Assembly (NCBI GenBank): GCA_964540145.1
Contig: CAZILS010000004.1
Coordinates: 605 to 64,604 of the forward strand
From: an uncultured archaeon
GTDB taxonomy: Archaea; Iainarchaeota; Iainarchaeia; Iainarchaeales; CAZILS01
DNA: 64,000 bases
Direction: 5' to 3'
A program made the position numbers and the translations under genes. Below are positions 8,435-17,393 of the stretch, piece by piece; positions within the stretch are counted from its first letter, which is position 1, and each line of letters opens with the position of its first letter. The notes below the pieces were generated by a model. It saw nothing but the letters and a program-made list of their open reading frames with translations. It ran no database searches and was not told where the DNA came from.

Positions 8435-8995
8435 ATGGAGAAAAGAAAAACCCTGCTGTTCGTGACCTCGAACAGGCACAAGTTCGGCGAGGTCAGGAAA
8501 GTCCTCGCCGAGCACAACATTTTGCTTAGGCAAAAGCACATGGATTTCATCGAAAGCTCAACCCTCTCCTTGGAGGAGGAGGCAAGGCGCAAGGCCGAAA
8601 AAGCGTATGAAAAATACAAACAGCCCCTGATTACCGAAGACACCGGCTTTTATTTCAAAGCATACAAAAACTTTCCGGGAACAAACGCAAAGGAGATGTT
8701 CAACGCACTTGGCTTTGACGGCCTGTTCCGCCTGCTCAAAGGAAAATCAAGGTCTGCCTATGCGAAGGTAGCAATCTGCTACTGCCCCTCAAAAGGAAAA
8801 TACAAAACCTTCACGGGAAAGCTCGAGGGGAAAATAGCAGAGAAGGTTTACAGACCAAGCGATCATAGAATGCCCTATGAGCACATCTTCATAGCCAAGG
8901 GGAGAGAAAAGCCGATGGTGCAGATGTCAAGGCAGGAAAAGAACGCAGTTTCCCACAGGGCGCTTGCCGCAAGGAAACTCTGCGCTTTCCTTTAG
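8435..8995 (+). CDS. Ham1/RdgB-type non-canonical purine NTP pyrophosphatase (ITPase)
   Basis: LLFVTSNRHKFGEV at the N-terminus and a TEDTGFYF motif. The ORF-track start at 8390 is probably a 5' extension; the ATG at 8435 (MEKRKTL...) is preferred. Confidence 0.75.
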   Translation: MEKRKTLLFVTSNRHKFGEVRKVLAEHNILLRQKHMDFIESSTLSLEEEARRKAEKAYEKYKQPLITEDTGFYFKAYKNFPGTNAKEMFNALGFDGLFRLLKGKSRSAYAKVAICYCPSKGKYKTFTGKLEGKIAEKVYRPSDHRMPYEHIFIAKGREKPMVQMSRQEKNAVSHRALAARKLCAFL

Positions 8996-9555
8996 CGCCC
9001 TGTCCGGTTTTCCCACTCAAGGTAGCGCGCGGACAATTTCATTACCGCATCATCAAACGCCCGTGCAAACCCCATAATTTTCTTTTCCGGGGTGTTTATA
9101 TCCCTGCCGGCAAACGCAATAAATTCCGCCCTCATTTTTCCCTTTGCTTTTGTGTGGAGGCTTTCCCCCTCCCGCGAGTAAGGTATGCCGCACTCCTGCT
9201 GGAGATAATAACCAATTGCTTCCCGCACAATCGAGACAGGCATAATCCCGAGAGGATCCTCCTTCCCCCCCAACTCCCTGGTCAGCCTGAAAAGGTGCCG
9301 CCTGCTCAAATCGAACTTATCTTTTGAGACAAGGCTGTCAAGGTAGGATTTGCCCCAGGAGACAAAGTGGCGCTTAAGGCGCGGCGGCATTTCCCTCTTT
9401 TTGGATGCCACGAAAGCGGAAACCTCCCTTTTTCGCAGCAGCTTCCCGATTTCGTGGGGGGCTGCCGTTATCTTACCCGCGGCTTTTTTCAGGGCCTGCT
9501 TTGCCCCCCCTTTCCCGGCTTTTTTCCCCTTTTTTATCGCCATGCTTTTCCCCAA
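8992..9555 (-). CDS. Hypothetical protein with Lys/Ala-rich N-terminal tail
   Basis: 187-aa ORF with coupled ends. No recognisable motif; the N-terminus MGKSMAIKKGKKAGKGGAKQALKKAAGK is histone-H1-like low complexity. Confidence 0.45.
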   Translation of the reverse strand: MGKSMAIKKGKKAGKGGAKQALKKAAGKITAAPHEIGKLLRKREVSAFVASKKREMPPRLKRHFVSWGKSYLDSLVSKDKFDLSRRHLFRLTRELGGKEDPLGIMPVSIVREAIGYYLQQECGIPYSREGESLHTKAKGKMRAEFIAFAGRDINTPEKKIMGFARAFDDAVMKLSARYLEWENRTGR

Positions 9556-9672
9556 CCATTAAATACTGTTCATCGACTATTTATTTGTGCGGTTTGCGGG
9601 CCTTCCCGAGGCAAGATGGCATATTGCCGGCAGGCTGCCGGTAAAAGCACGCTGCGCACAGAATGTGTTTTG

Positions 9673-9756
9673 GCAGGGGTTCCCGAGCGGTCAAAGGGGC
9701 TAGGTTTAGGGCCTAGTGGTTTAGTGCCTTCGGCGGTTCGAATCCGCCCCCCTGCA
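9673..9756 (+). tRNA. tRNA-Leu (anticodon UAG), type II with long variable arm
   Basis: Acceptor GCAGGGG/CCCCTGC+A, anticodon stem CTAGG/CCTAG, loop TTTAGGG, T-arm GGCGG-TTCGAAT-CCGCC. Confidence 0.8.
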
Positions 9757-9820
9757 CAACTTTTTTCCAAAAAGTTGACAAAAATCAGGAGTTGACAAAA
9801 ATCAGGGTGCGAGCCCCATC
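9739..9820 (+). repeat. 82-bp direct repeat copy 1 (tRNA-Leu 3' end + hairpin CAACTTTTTTCCAAAAAGTTG + 2x GTTGACAAAAATCAGG)
   Basis: Near-identical to 9887..9968, with 2 mismatches. Confidence 0.85.
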
Positions 9821-9886
9821 AAGGCGAGCTCGGTCTATACGGAGCAGAGCGAAGTATAGACCACGTACCAGGCGGACGTGTCGCCT

Positions 9887-9968
9887 TTCGAATCCGCCCC
9901 CCTGCACAACTTTTTTCCAAAAAGTTGACAAAAATCAGGAGTTGGCAAAAATCAGGTTGCGAGCCTAA
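9887..9968 (+). repeat. 82-bp direct repeat copy 2 (orphan tRNA-Leu 3'-terminal 21 nt + trailer)
   Basis: No matching 5' acceptor strand upstream. It is preceded by a perfect 9-bp hairpin GGTCTATAC...GTATAGACC (9835..9869). Confidence 0.85.
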
Positions 9969-10106
9969 TTGAGGCGTTGATTCAAAGGGCAACATACTCT
10001 GTTTCAGCAAGGAAGGCGTAAAAAGGATCGGTTAACCCCGGCCGGAGATTTGTTCCAAAACCCTTATATACCCAAAAAGCCAATAATTGTGAGTTAATTC
10101 AAAAAG

Positions 10107-11351
10107 GTGCTTTGGTTGGCGATATTTGAGGATGCGATAATACTTCTCGTGCTGCTGTTCTTTTCAGGAGTATTTTCGGGAATGGAAACAGCATTGGTTT
10201 CACTTAGCAAATACCGGATTAAGATATTGCTTAAGAAAGGGGCCAGGGGCGCCGGAAGCCTCGAAAAACTGAAGAAGAAGCCCCAGCGGATGATAACAAC
10301 AATCCTGATAGGGAACAACCTTGTCAATATAGGGGCAGCCTCTTTCGCAACTGTTGTCGCAATTCAGCTGTTTGGCGACGGCGCAATAGGGGTTGCGACA
10401 GGAATAATGACATTGCTTGTCCTCATATTCGGTGAGATAACCCCGAAGACACTTGCGTTGAGGCATGCGGAAGGGATTTCCCTGGCTGTGGCAGGTCCGC
10501 TTCTCTGGCTTTCATACATCCTCGGGCCGGTTATATTTGTCCTCGAGAAAATAACAAAGCTTATCGTAATGGTTTTCGGGGTGAGCTCGATAGAGAAGGG
10601 CCTCACTGAAGACGAGGTTAAGGCAATGGTTTCGATGGGCGCCGAGGAGGGCGCGATTAACCGGGCCGAAAGGGACATAATCCACAGGGTTTTCCGGTTC
10701 AATGACATTCCGGTTGAGGATGTGATGACTTCCCGCACTGAAATGGTTGCCGTGCCGCACAACTCAAACGTTTCCGATATCCTTAAGGTCTTTGAAAAAT
10801 CCCCCTTCTCAAGGATACCTGTCTACCGGGAAAGCGAAGACAACATCGTGGGGATTTTCTATGTCAAGGATGCCCTTCTAAGGATGTCGAAAGGGAAGGG
10901 CGACCTCAAGGTGGAGAAGATAATGAGGACGGCTTATTTCATCCCCCCGACAAAGACCCTTGAAAAACTCCTTGGGGAGTTCAGGCATAAGCACATCCAC
11001 ATTGCGATTGTTGCAGGGGAGTATGGGGAAGTCCTTGGCCTGGTGACAATAGAGGATTTGCTTGAGGAACTTGTCGGGGATATTGTGGATGAGCTTGAGG
11101 CGGAACCTAAAATACAGAGGCTCAATGAAAAAACAATCAGGGTTCCGGGCAATATGGAACTTGAATTGATTAACAAGGAATTGGGAACAAAACTCTCCTC
11201 CGATGAGTTTGACACAATCGCGGGCCTGATTATGGCGAAGCTTGACCGGGTTCCTGAAAGCGGCGAGGCCATCATCCTCGAAAAGATACGAATCGAGACC
11301 GAGAAGGTCGAGGGCGCAAAGATATCCTCCGTCAAGATAGTGAAACTATAG
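10107..11351 (+). CDS. CNNM/CorC-HlyC family protein (DUF21 TM domain + CBS pair + CorC_HlyC domain), putative Mg/Co transporter
   Basis: 414 aa with 4 N-terminal TM helices, a CBS pair and a C-terminal transporter-associated domain. Confidence 0.8.
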   Translation: MLWLAIFEDAIILLVLLFFSGVFSGMETALVSLSKYRIKILLKKGARGAGSLEKLKKKPQRMITTILIGNNLVNIGAASFATVVAIQLFGDGAIGVATGIMTLLVLIFGEITPKTLALRHAEGISLAVAGPLLWLSYILGPVIFVLEKITKLIVMVFGVSSIEKGLTEDEVKAMVSMGAEEGAINRAERDIIHRVFRFNDIPVEDVMTSRTEMVAVPHNSNVSDILKVFEKSPFSRIPVYRESEDNIVGIFYVKDALLRMSKGKGDLKVEKIMRTAYFIPPTKTLEKLLGEFRHKHIHIAIVAGEYGEVLGLVTIEDLLEELVGDIVDELEAEPKIQRLNEKTIRVPGNMELELINKELGTKLSSDEFDTIAGLIMAKLDRVPESGEAIILEKIRIETEKVEGAKISSVKIVKL

Positions 11352-11387
11352 TTTTATTTAAAAGATTTAACCACCCCCTTTCATATT

Positions 11388-11576
11388 ATGGAGTGCAAAA
11401 AAGAGGAGAACGCAAGGGGGTGCAACTGTACCTATCCCTGCGGCAGGAAGGGCATTTGCTGCGAGTGCGTGGCCTACCACCGCAAAAGGGGGGAGCTTCC
11501 TGCCTGTTACTTCGATTCGAAGACCGAGGCTACGTACGACCGGAGCTTCGAGGCCTACCTTAACTCCGGCAAATAA
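11388..11576 (+). CDS. Small cysteine-rich protein (7 Cys in 62 aa)
   Basis: [42 protein letters not shown]. No family recognised. It ends 4 nt before tRNA-Val. Confidence 0.4.
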   Translation: MECKKEENARGCNCTYPCGRKGICCECVAYHRKRGELPACYFDSKTEATYDRSFEAYLNSGK

Positions 11577-11579
11577 TAC

Positions 11580-11651
11580 GGGCTCGTGGTCTAGTGGTAT
11601 GACGCCGCCTTCACACGGCGGAGACCGGCGGTTCAATTCCGCCCGGGCCCA
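11580..11651 (+). tRNA. tRNA-Val (anticodon CAC)
   Basis: GGGCTCG acceptor, anticodon loop TTCACAC, T-arm GGCGG-TTCAATT-CCGCC, CGGGCCC+A 3' end. Confidence 0.85.
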
Positions 11652-11675
11652 TATTTTCGCAGAGGGGACTTTGCA

Positions 11676-13178
11676 TTGCCAGATAGGCAACGGTTTTTAA
11701 CCTCCCTCCCCCATATTTCTTTTATGGTTTCAACCCGCACAAAGACGCTGATAGCCATACTTCTGATAGCTGTGTCCCTTAGGATAGGGCCTGTATTCCT
11801 CTTTGACGGAATGCCAATAGGATATGACAATCCCTACCATGTTAGGATGTCGGAGATAATTCAGGACAGTGGTGCTGTCCCTGGCCAAGACCCTATTTTG
11901 GGGGGAAGGCCCTACACCTACCCCGCCTTTTACCACATACTCCTCGCTTCCCTTTCAATTGTTTCAGGACTGCCAGTACAAACACTAATCCCTTTTCTCC
12001 TCCCATTTATTTCATTCCTTGTTGTTCCCGCAATCTATATTTTTGCAAGGCAATTTTCCGGCGAGACGTGGGCGTTAGTTGTTGCGCTTATGGCGGCATG
12101 CGCCTCGGCTTTGACAATGGCATCTTACAACTCCCCTGAAAACGCGGCTTTCCTTCTCCTCCCCCTGTCAATAATGCTCCTTGCGAGAGGGAGGCTGTTC
12201 CTCGGGAGCCTTCTCTTTTCGCTTTGCCTTTTCTGGAACTATTTTGCGTTCCTTATTTCATTGCCGGCAATGCTGCTGGCATTCGCATGGAGAAGGGAGG
12301 TTCTCCCTAATTTCCTGTTCGCACTCCTGGCTTCCGCCTTAGTCTGGCTGCTTTCATACGGCCCCGATGCCCTGCTGTGGTTCAGCGTAAGCTCGGGAAC
12401 CTCCTTCGTTGCGAATAACCTCAAGGATGTGATGCTTTCGCTTGTCCTTGACTCGGGCCTCATCCTTCTGGTTTTCCTTGCCTATGCCGCGAAGAAACTA
12501 ACAACCCCTGCTGCAAAATACTGGTATCTCTATGCGCTTACCTCCGGCATTGCCCTGGTAAGCTATCTTATAACTCCGGTAATGCGGAGCTGGGAGCAGC
12601 CAAAATTCCTCTCACTTGGCATTGCCTGCCTCACAGCATCGATTGTCGCGGGCAAGTATTTCAAGAAATTCGTTTACGCAGTGATAATAATTTTCTTTTT
12701 CGCCTCTTTGCTAAGCGCGTTCCAGATTGCCTACCCAAAAACAAATTCATTGGACCTGCACGCAATCTCCTGGCTTGAATCAAAAAATCCCGAAGGAAAC
12801 ATTCTTGCAGACCCCACCCTGTCCGAGGAGATAGCAAACCGCACCTCCCTCGCCCCGCAGATAATGACAGCATTGCAGTTTGAAACCCTCACCGAAAATA
12901 ATTTTGTCGAATCCTCCTTGAAGTACCTTGGCAACCAGCCTTTGGAAGATGAGCAGGCTTACGTGAGGGAAAGCGGCCTGCAGTACATCCTCCTGAACTT
13001 TGAGGACGAGAAAGTAAGGGGCACTTCCCACCTTGATGAAAAGCCCTACCTTAACAAGGTCTATTCCCTGAACTATTACCAGCCCTGCCCTTTCGGCCTG
13101 CTGCCGGTAACGCAGGGATTTGCTTGCGGCAATCTTGAAACAAAGATACTCAAGGCGAAAACAGAATTCCTTAATTAA
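11676..13178 (+). CDS. Polytopic membrane protein, possible GT-C-type glycosyltransferase (PMT/ArnT-like)
   Basis: 500 aa with about 12 TM helices and an extracytoplasmic C-terminal domain. The start may be the internal ATG at about 11724. Function is inferred only from topology and weak similarity. Confidence 0.55.
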   Translation: MPDRQRFLTSLPHISFMVSTRTKTLIAILLIAVSLRIGPVFLFDGMPIGYDNPYHVRMSEIIQDSGAVPGQDPILGGRPYTYPAFYHILLASLSIVSGLPVQTLIPFLLPFISFLVVPAIYIFARQFSGETWALVVALMAACASALTMASYNSPENAAFLLLPLSIMLLARGRLFLGSLLFSLCLFWNYFAFLISLPAMLLAFAWRREVLPNFLFALLASALVWLLSYGPDALLWFSVSSGTSFVANNLKDVMLSLVLDSGLILLVFLAYAAKKLTTPAAKYWYLYALTSGIALVSYLITPVMRSWEQPKFLSLGIACLTASIVAGKYFKKFVYAVIIIFFFASLLSAFQIAYPKTNSLDLHAISWLESKNPEGNILADPTLSEEIANRTSLAPQIMTALQFETLTENNFVESSLKYLGNQPLEDEQAYVRESGLQYILLNFEDEKVRGTSHLDEKPYLNKVYSLNYYQPCPFGLLPVTQGFACGNLETKILKAKTEFLN

Positions 13179-14650
13179 ACCCTTCCGGCAATGACTTTCC
13201 CGGAATATCCGCTCTCCCTAACTTTTGCCATTATGGTCATAAGCTGGAACATAGGGAGAGTTTCCCCCTCGACATAAACAGTTGTCTCGTTTCCCTTTGT
13301 CTCAAGGGACATAACCCTGAGGTCAAGGAGATTCCCCCGGAAAACCATTTCCGCATCAGGAACACCGTCCATCCATCTGAACTTGGCCGCAACAATCCTC
13401 TTTACAGGGAAATTATATTCCGCAATAAGGTATGTTGTTGTTGGAAATTTTCCCCGGAAGAAATCCTCAATTTGCCTTGCCCTGTAATCTTCCCGGTCGG
13501 GGAAAAGCCTGAAGTAACCTGCCCATCCAAGCACATCTGCCTCGCTAACCTCGCCAAATTCAGAGGCTGCGCTGTGCAAGTCGTCTGATGTTGTCCCTTC
13601 AGGCAGGCCGTAAACATAGATAACAGCTTCGCTTGTGATAACCTCGCCATAGGCGTTGCTGAGGAATGCCCCTCCCAAAGGCATTGCTGAAATTGAGAGC
13701 AGGTAAATCGCGGCAACAGCAAGAGCCCCGGTCCTTATCAGGTCTCCCTTTTCAGGAACCCCGATAGCCTGCACAAGGATAATAACTGCAGTAAGGAAAA
13801 CAGCAACGCTCCAGCCGCTTGCATAAACAAAACCTTCGTAGTTCACATTTCCCAGAATGAAGGTGTAGAGCGAAACCCCAAGCAGCGGGAAAAGCCTTTC
13901 AATCCAGCCCTCCAGTTCAAGCATGTTCCTCCCGATAAAAAACAGGAGGAAGAAAAGCGCAACAATCATGTATGTGCTGAACATTCCCCCGTCCACAATA
14001 AGCACGGCAATCCCGAACACCGCCGCGATTAGCGCGGTGTAATCAACGATGCCCAGCTCATTTGCCTTGATTGTGGCAAAGCCAACTCCTGCAAGAACAA
14101 TAATTATGGAGAGGAGCATGAAAGTAATCCCTATTTCTAGAGAATTATCAAGAACATCGTATAACGGCTGCCCAGTGTCAAGCGTATTGGGAAATGTTAT
14201 TCCTGTAATTTCAGAAAATGCCGCAAGCGCAACCTTTGGAAAGTGGTTGTGCTCAAGCCAGGAAAGCTCCGCCCCGTGGTGGCTTTCTTCCTGTATGTAT
14301 GAAATGAAAGGCCCGCCAGACCCAAAATCCTGGGAAATGCTGTTGAAGAGCGAATATCCCGAAATAAAACCAAATGCGGAAACAACGAGAAAAACTATGA
14401 ACAAAATATTTCCTATAAGCCCAAAGCCTTTATCCCCCATGAATCTCCTGAAAAGAACTCCTATCAATGGAACAACCGAGAACCAGCCCAGGGTGAGGAA
14501 TGTTTTTCCCATCGAGGTTCCGCCAAAAAGAAGCTCGCTAAGCCCGTGCATGATTAAGAGAAAGTCCCTGCTAATCGCCGAAAGGACGAGGAGTGTTATG
14601 AAAACCCCGCCCAGCAAACCGAGCTGTTTTTCGCTAGCCATAGAAACCAC
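13175..14650 (-). CDS. Polytopic membrane protein with C-terminal soluble domain (hypothetical)
   Basis: 491 aa, mostly TM helices. It lies tail-to-tail with the previous gene, overlapping by 4 nt. Confidence 0.55.
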   Translation of the reverse strand: MVSMASEKQLGLLGGVFITLLVLSAISRDFLLIMHGLSELLFGGTSMGKTFLTLGWFSVVPLIGVLFRRFMGDKGFGLIGNILFIVFLVVSAFGFISGYSLFNSISQDFGSGGPFISYIQEESHHGAELSWLEHNHFPKVALAAFSEITGITFPNTLDTGQPLYDVLDNSLEIGITFMLLSIIIVLAGVGFATIKANELGIVDYTALIAAVFGIAVLIVDGGMFSTYMIVALFFLLFFIGRNMLELEGWIERLFPLLGVSLYTFILGNVNYEGFVYASGWSVAVFLTAVIILVQAIGVPEKGDLIRTGALAVAAIYLLSISAMPLGGAFLSNAYGEVITSEAVIYVYGLPEGTTSDDLHSAASEFGEVSEADVLGWAGYFRLFPDREDYRARQIEDFFRGKFPTTTYLIAEYNFPVKRIVAAKFRWMDGVPDAEMVFRGNLLDLRVMSLETKGNETTVYVEGETLPMFQLMTIMAKVRESGYSGKVIAGRV

Positions 14651-14662
14651 CTTTCAGCGCCT

Positions 14663-15958
14663 TCAGTCCGTGAAGGCGGTTGCGGTAACGCCCCCGTCCC
14701 AGGAAAGCCTCGGCCTTATTTTGACCATCCATATTTTTTCCGTGTTGTCGTCTATAATAAGCGCAAACCCCTTTGCGTTGGGCATCTCCGCATAGTACTT
14801 GTCCAAATCCTGGTGTAGGTAACTTGGTCTCAATGCCCCCACCGCCTCTATGTCCGGCTTTGCAGTCATCCTGTGCGAGATGAAAAGGTCGCACTGCGAA
14901 ATACAGTCGGGATGAAGCCTGTTCGGCCTTTGCGTTGCCAGCACTAAGGACAGGCCGGGCTGCCTTCCGACCCTCACCCACTCGAGCAGGACAGACAGCG
15001 CTATGTTCTCCTCGTCTTTCGGCATGAACATGTGCGCCTCATCGATAAACATCCAGATAATCGGCATCGAACTCTTCCTTCCTTCTCCCTTCATCAGCTT
15101 TACTTCTTCTTCTTTCCTGAAGAGCATTCTCTCCTCAAACAATTTCTTCCCGAGCAAAGCAACTATGATGTCCCTTGTTCCTTCCATGCCAATCGCTTGC
15201 CGGTAGGCGGAAACATCAATAACGGTAATAGCGCCGGGCTTCGCAATCTCCGACATCCTAGTGCCCTCCTTCTCAAGAAGCCCCCAGGTCTTTGCAACAT
15301 TAAGCCTGTTGATAAGCGCCTTCTTCGCAAGCTCCTCGGCTTCGGTATCGGCCTTGACCGCGGCTATGATGTCATCAATACCATAATAGGTTCCCAGTTT
15401 TTCCTTCACACTTGTAATTACCCTTGTGAGCAGCACCCCTTCAGGGTCTTTCCATGTGAGCTTGAACATCGCAAGCCATTCGGTATCGTCAAGCTCGGAT
15501 GTCTTTATCGTAAATGCGCCATCGACAGGCAGCTCCTTCTCCTTGTAGAAATCGAGCTTTCCCTTAGGAACCATAACCCTTACATCGGTTTTCCCGGGCT
15601 CCAAGTCCCATTTCTCAAGCTCCTCCTTGTCCAGCTTGTTCGCAACCTTCAGTGTCCAGAAAATTCCCACAGTGTCTATTGCTATGACGGAAAGCCTTTC
15701 CTTGATTTCGGGGGGCTGCCTCGCAAACTCCTCAAGGACAACGCTCATAGTGTACGATTTTCCGCCTCCGCGCTTGCCGCAGATAAGCATAACGTGCGGC
15801 ATCGTGACATCACTTAGAATCTTCCTCCCGAGGACAGGCCTCTCCCCGGAACTCATCACCACCTTTCCCAAATAGGCGGTTCCCCGCTCGCCGTATTTTT
15901 CGATGTCGCCCAAAGAGCGCCCTATTATGGATTTTTTTTCGCTGATGTCGAGGGCCAT
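14663..15958 (-). CDS. HerA/FtsK-like P-loop ATPase (DUF87 family)
   Basis: Walker A GKRGGGKSYT, Walker B MFIDEAHMF and an LATQRPNRL arginine-finger region. The N-terminal domain is short for HerA, and there is no NurA partner nearby. Confidence 0.65.
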   Translation of the reverse strand: MALDISEKKSIIGRSLGDIEKYGERGTAYLGKVVMSSGERPVLGRKILSDVTMPHVMLICGKRGGGKSYTMSVVLEEFARQPPEIKERLSVIAIDTVGIFWTLKVANKLDKEELEKWDLEPGKTDVRVMVPKGKLDFYKEKELPVDGAFTIKTSELDDTEWLAMFKLTWKDPEGVLLTRVITSVKEKLGTYYGIDDIIAAVKADTEAEELAKKALINRLNVAKTWGLLEKEGTRMSEIAKPGAITVIDVSAYRQAIGMEGTRDIIVALLGKKLFEERMLFRKEEEVKLMKGEGRKSSMPIIWMFIDEAHMFMPKDEENIALSVLLEWVRVGRQPGLSLVLATQRPNRLHPDCISQCDLFISHRMTAKPDIEAVGALRPSYLHQDLDKYYAEMPNAKGFALIIDDNTEKIWMVKIRPRLSWDGGVTATAFTD

Positions 15959-16015
15959 GCCCTAATAATGCACGTTCTATTATTTAAAGACTTATACCCA
16001 AATATTTGCGATTGC

Positions 16016-16477
16016 ATGGCTGACCTGAAAGAGAGGGAAGAACGGCTGAAATTCATACTTTCCAAGGTAAACACGGAGATAGAAAAGTTCGGGAAAATAC
16101 AGTCTGCGCTTGAGGCAAGGCAGGATGAACTAAGCGAGGCTGTTGCAGGGAAGGGAATTTCAAACATCCCCGTGAACATAACCCCCCACACCGAAAGTTC
16201 GGAAAACCTCTACGAGGAAACGAGGCAGCACATAATGGAGCTTACGAAGCTGAAGAGCCTGATAGAAACCAGGCTCAATCTCGTGATAAAGGAGGAGGAG
16301 CTAATCGCGGAGCTGAAGGATAAGTACGGGGATAATGTTTCCCTCGCTAAACTCCCCACAGGGGAATTCCGGCTTGAGTTTAAAGATGAGAAGAGCGAGG
16401 ATGCCTTCGAGCAGCTCAAGATGAGCAAGAAGATGGTAGGGCAGTTAAGGGAATCGGTCCAAGATTCCCAAAAATAA
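16016..16477 (+). CDS. Coiled-coil protein (hypothetical)
   Basis: Heptad-rich and E/K-rich sequence. ATG at 16016 (MADLKEREERLKF...) is preferred over the ORF-track start at 15968. Confidence 0.45.
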   Translation: MADLKEREERLKFILSKVNTEIEKFGKIQSALEARQDELSEAVAGKGISNIPVNITPHTESSENLYEETRQHIMELTKLKSLIETRLNLVIKEEELIAELKDKYGDNVSLAKLPTGEFRLEFKDEKSEDAFEQLKMSKKMVGQLRESVQDSQK

Positions 16478-16479
16478 AA

Positions 16480-16833
16480 CTGATTGTAAAGAAATAAGTG
16501 TAATGCCCTAGGTTTTGGTGGGGGTTGAAACTAGTCCTAGGGCACAACTGTAATGCCCTGAAAATTGGTGGGGGTTGAAACTAGTATTCCCAGGGCAAAA
16601 CCGCAATTTCTCTCCCCTCCGGGAAGAGAATTGAAGAAAGGGGGTCACCTCACGAAACCCCTCCTTTCTTCTCTTTTGTTTTTTTGTATTGAAGTTAACT
16701 CTTCTTATTTTTTTGTATTGGGGTTAAGGAGGGGCGGCACCCCGGATCCTTCGTTTCGAAAGGCAAAGGATTTGGTGGGGTCAATTGCCAGGGCGCCTTC
16801 CTTCCTCAAAGCTTTTGCACCAGTGCTTTCGCA
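16480..16833. ncRNA. Candidate structured ncRNA / repeat region in a convergent intergenic gap
   Basis: Two roughly 52-bp tandem units, each an inverted repeat (GCCCTAGG...CCTAGGGC; GCCCTG...CAGGGC) enclosing the conserved loop TTGGTGGGGGTTGAAACTAGT. Further hairpins follow (GAAGAAAGGGGG...CCCCTCCTTTCTTC; GCACCAGTGC/GCACTAGTGC). The region lies between two converging genes, so it is not a promoter. Confidence 0.35.
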
Positions 16834-17310
16834 CTAGTGCCTCAGCAAGTATAAAACCTTCTTTCCAGACCTCACCTTCTGGAGATACCCCTCCCTGCAA
16901 AGTTTATTCAATCTCTGTGAAGCTCCATTCAATCCGCTGTAATTCAAAACCGACATTATGTCATGGGCTGTTCCCTGCTCCCTTTCCCCAATGAACTCAA
17001 GGATGAGCTTGTCCTGCTCGGGCAGTATTTCATACTGCGTTCCCTTCAGCTCTTCCTGCTGTAAGTTTGGGCTGCCTGTCTTCAACTGGAGCATAATCTG
17101 GTCGTATTTGTCGTTGATGCTTTCAAGAACCTTGTTGGTTTTTTCCCTTTCCTGGGCAACCTTGAAGAGCAGTGCGGCCAACGTCCTCGGATCTTCAGCG
17201 TTATCCATGATTTCCTCAAGGTCTTGTGTGGAGCTCTTAAACACTTCGCTTATTTTGGCTACTGAATCATGCTCCTTTTCCAATGCCTTGATTGTATCAT
17301 GACTATTCAT
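16834..17310 (-). CDS. Winged-helix DNA-binding transcriptional regulator (hypothetical)
   Basis: 158 aa with a C-terminal wHTH-like segment (DIMSVLNYSGLNGASQRLNKLCREGYLQKV). Confidence 0.5.
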   Translation of the reverse strand: MNSHDTIKALEKEHDSVAKISEVFKSSTQDLEEIMDNAEDPRTLAALLFKVAQEREKTNKVLESINDKYDQIMLQLKTGSPNLQQEELKGTQYEILPEQDKLILEFIGEREQGTAHDIMSVLNYSGLNGASQRLNKLCREGYLQKVRSGKKVLYLLRH

Positions 17311-17345
17311 GTTGTATCATGATAGTATCATGATATTTATATACT
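17288..17345 (-). promoter_or_regulatory. Operator-like array of 3x GTATCATGA(T) palindromic repeats spanning the start codon, with a TATA-like box (ATTTATATAC)
   Basis: tgtatcatga at about 17293, 17313 and 17325. ATCATGAT is an 8-bp palindrome. An A/T-rich TATA-like element sits at about 17335-17344. Confidence 0.4.
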
Positions 17346-17393
17346 TTTCGGTTTCATTTAGCAAACCCGCGCCATATGCCGAAAAACACAGCA

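Noticed and set aside
9835-9905. Attempt to fold the second tRNA-Leu 3'-end copy into a complete intron-containing tRNA
   Set aside because: No complementary 5' acceptor strand (G-C/U-A/G-G-G-G-G) exists upstream, and the T-stem is interrupted by 11 nt. It is reported as an orphan repeat or fragment rather than a tRNA gene.
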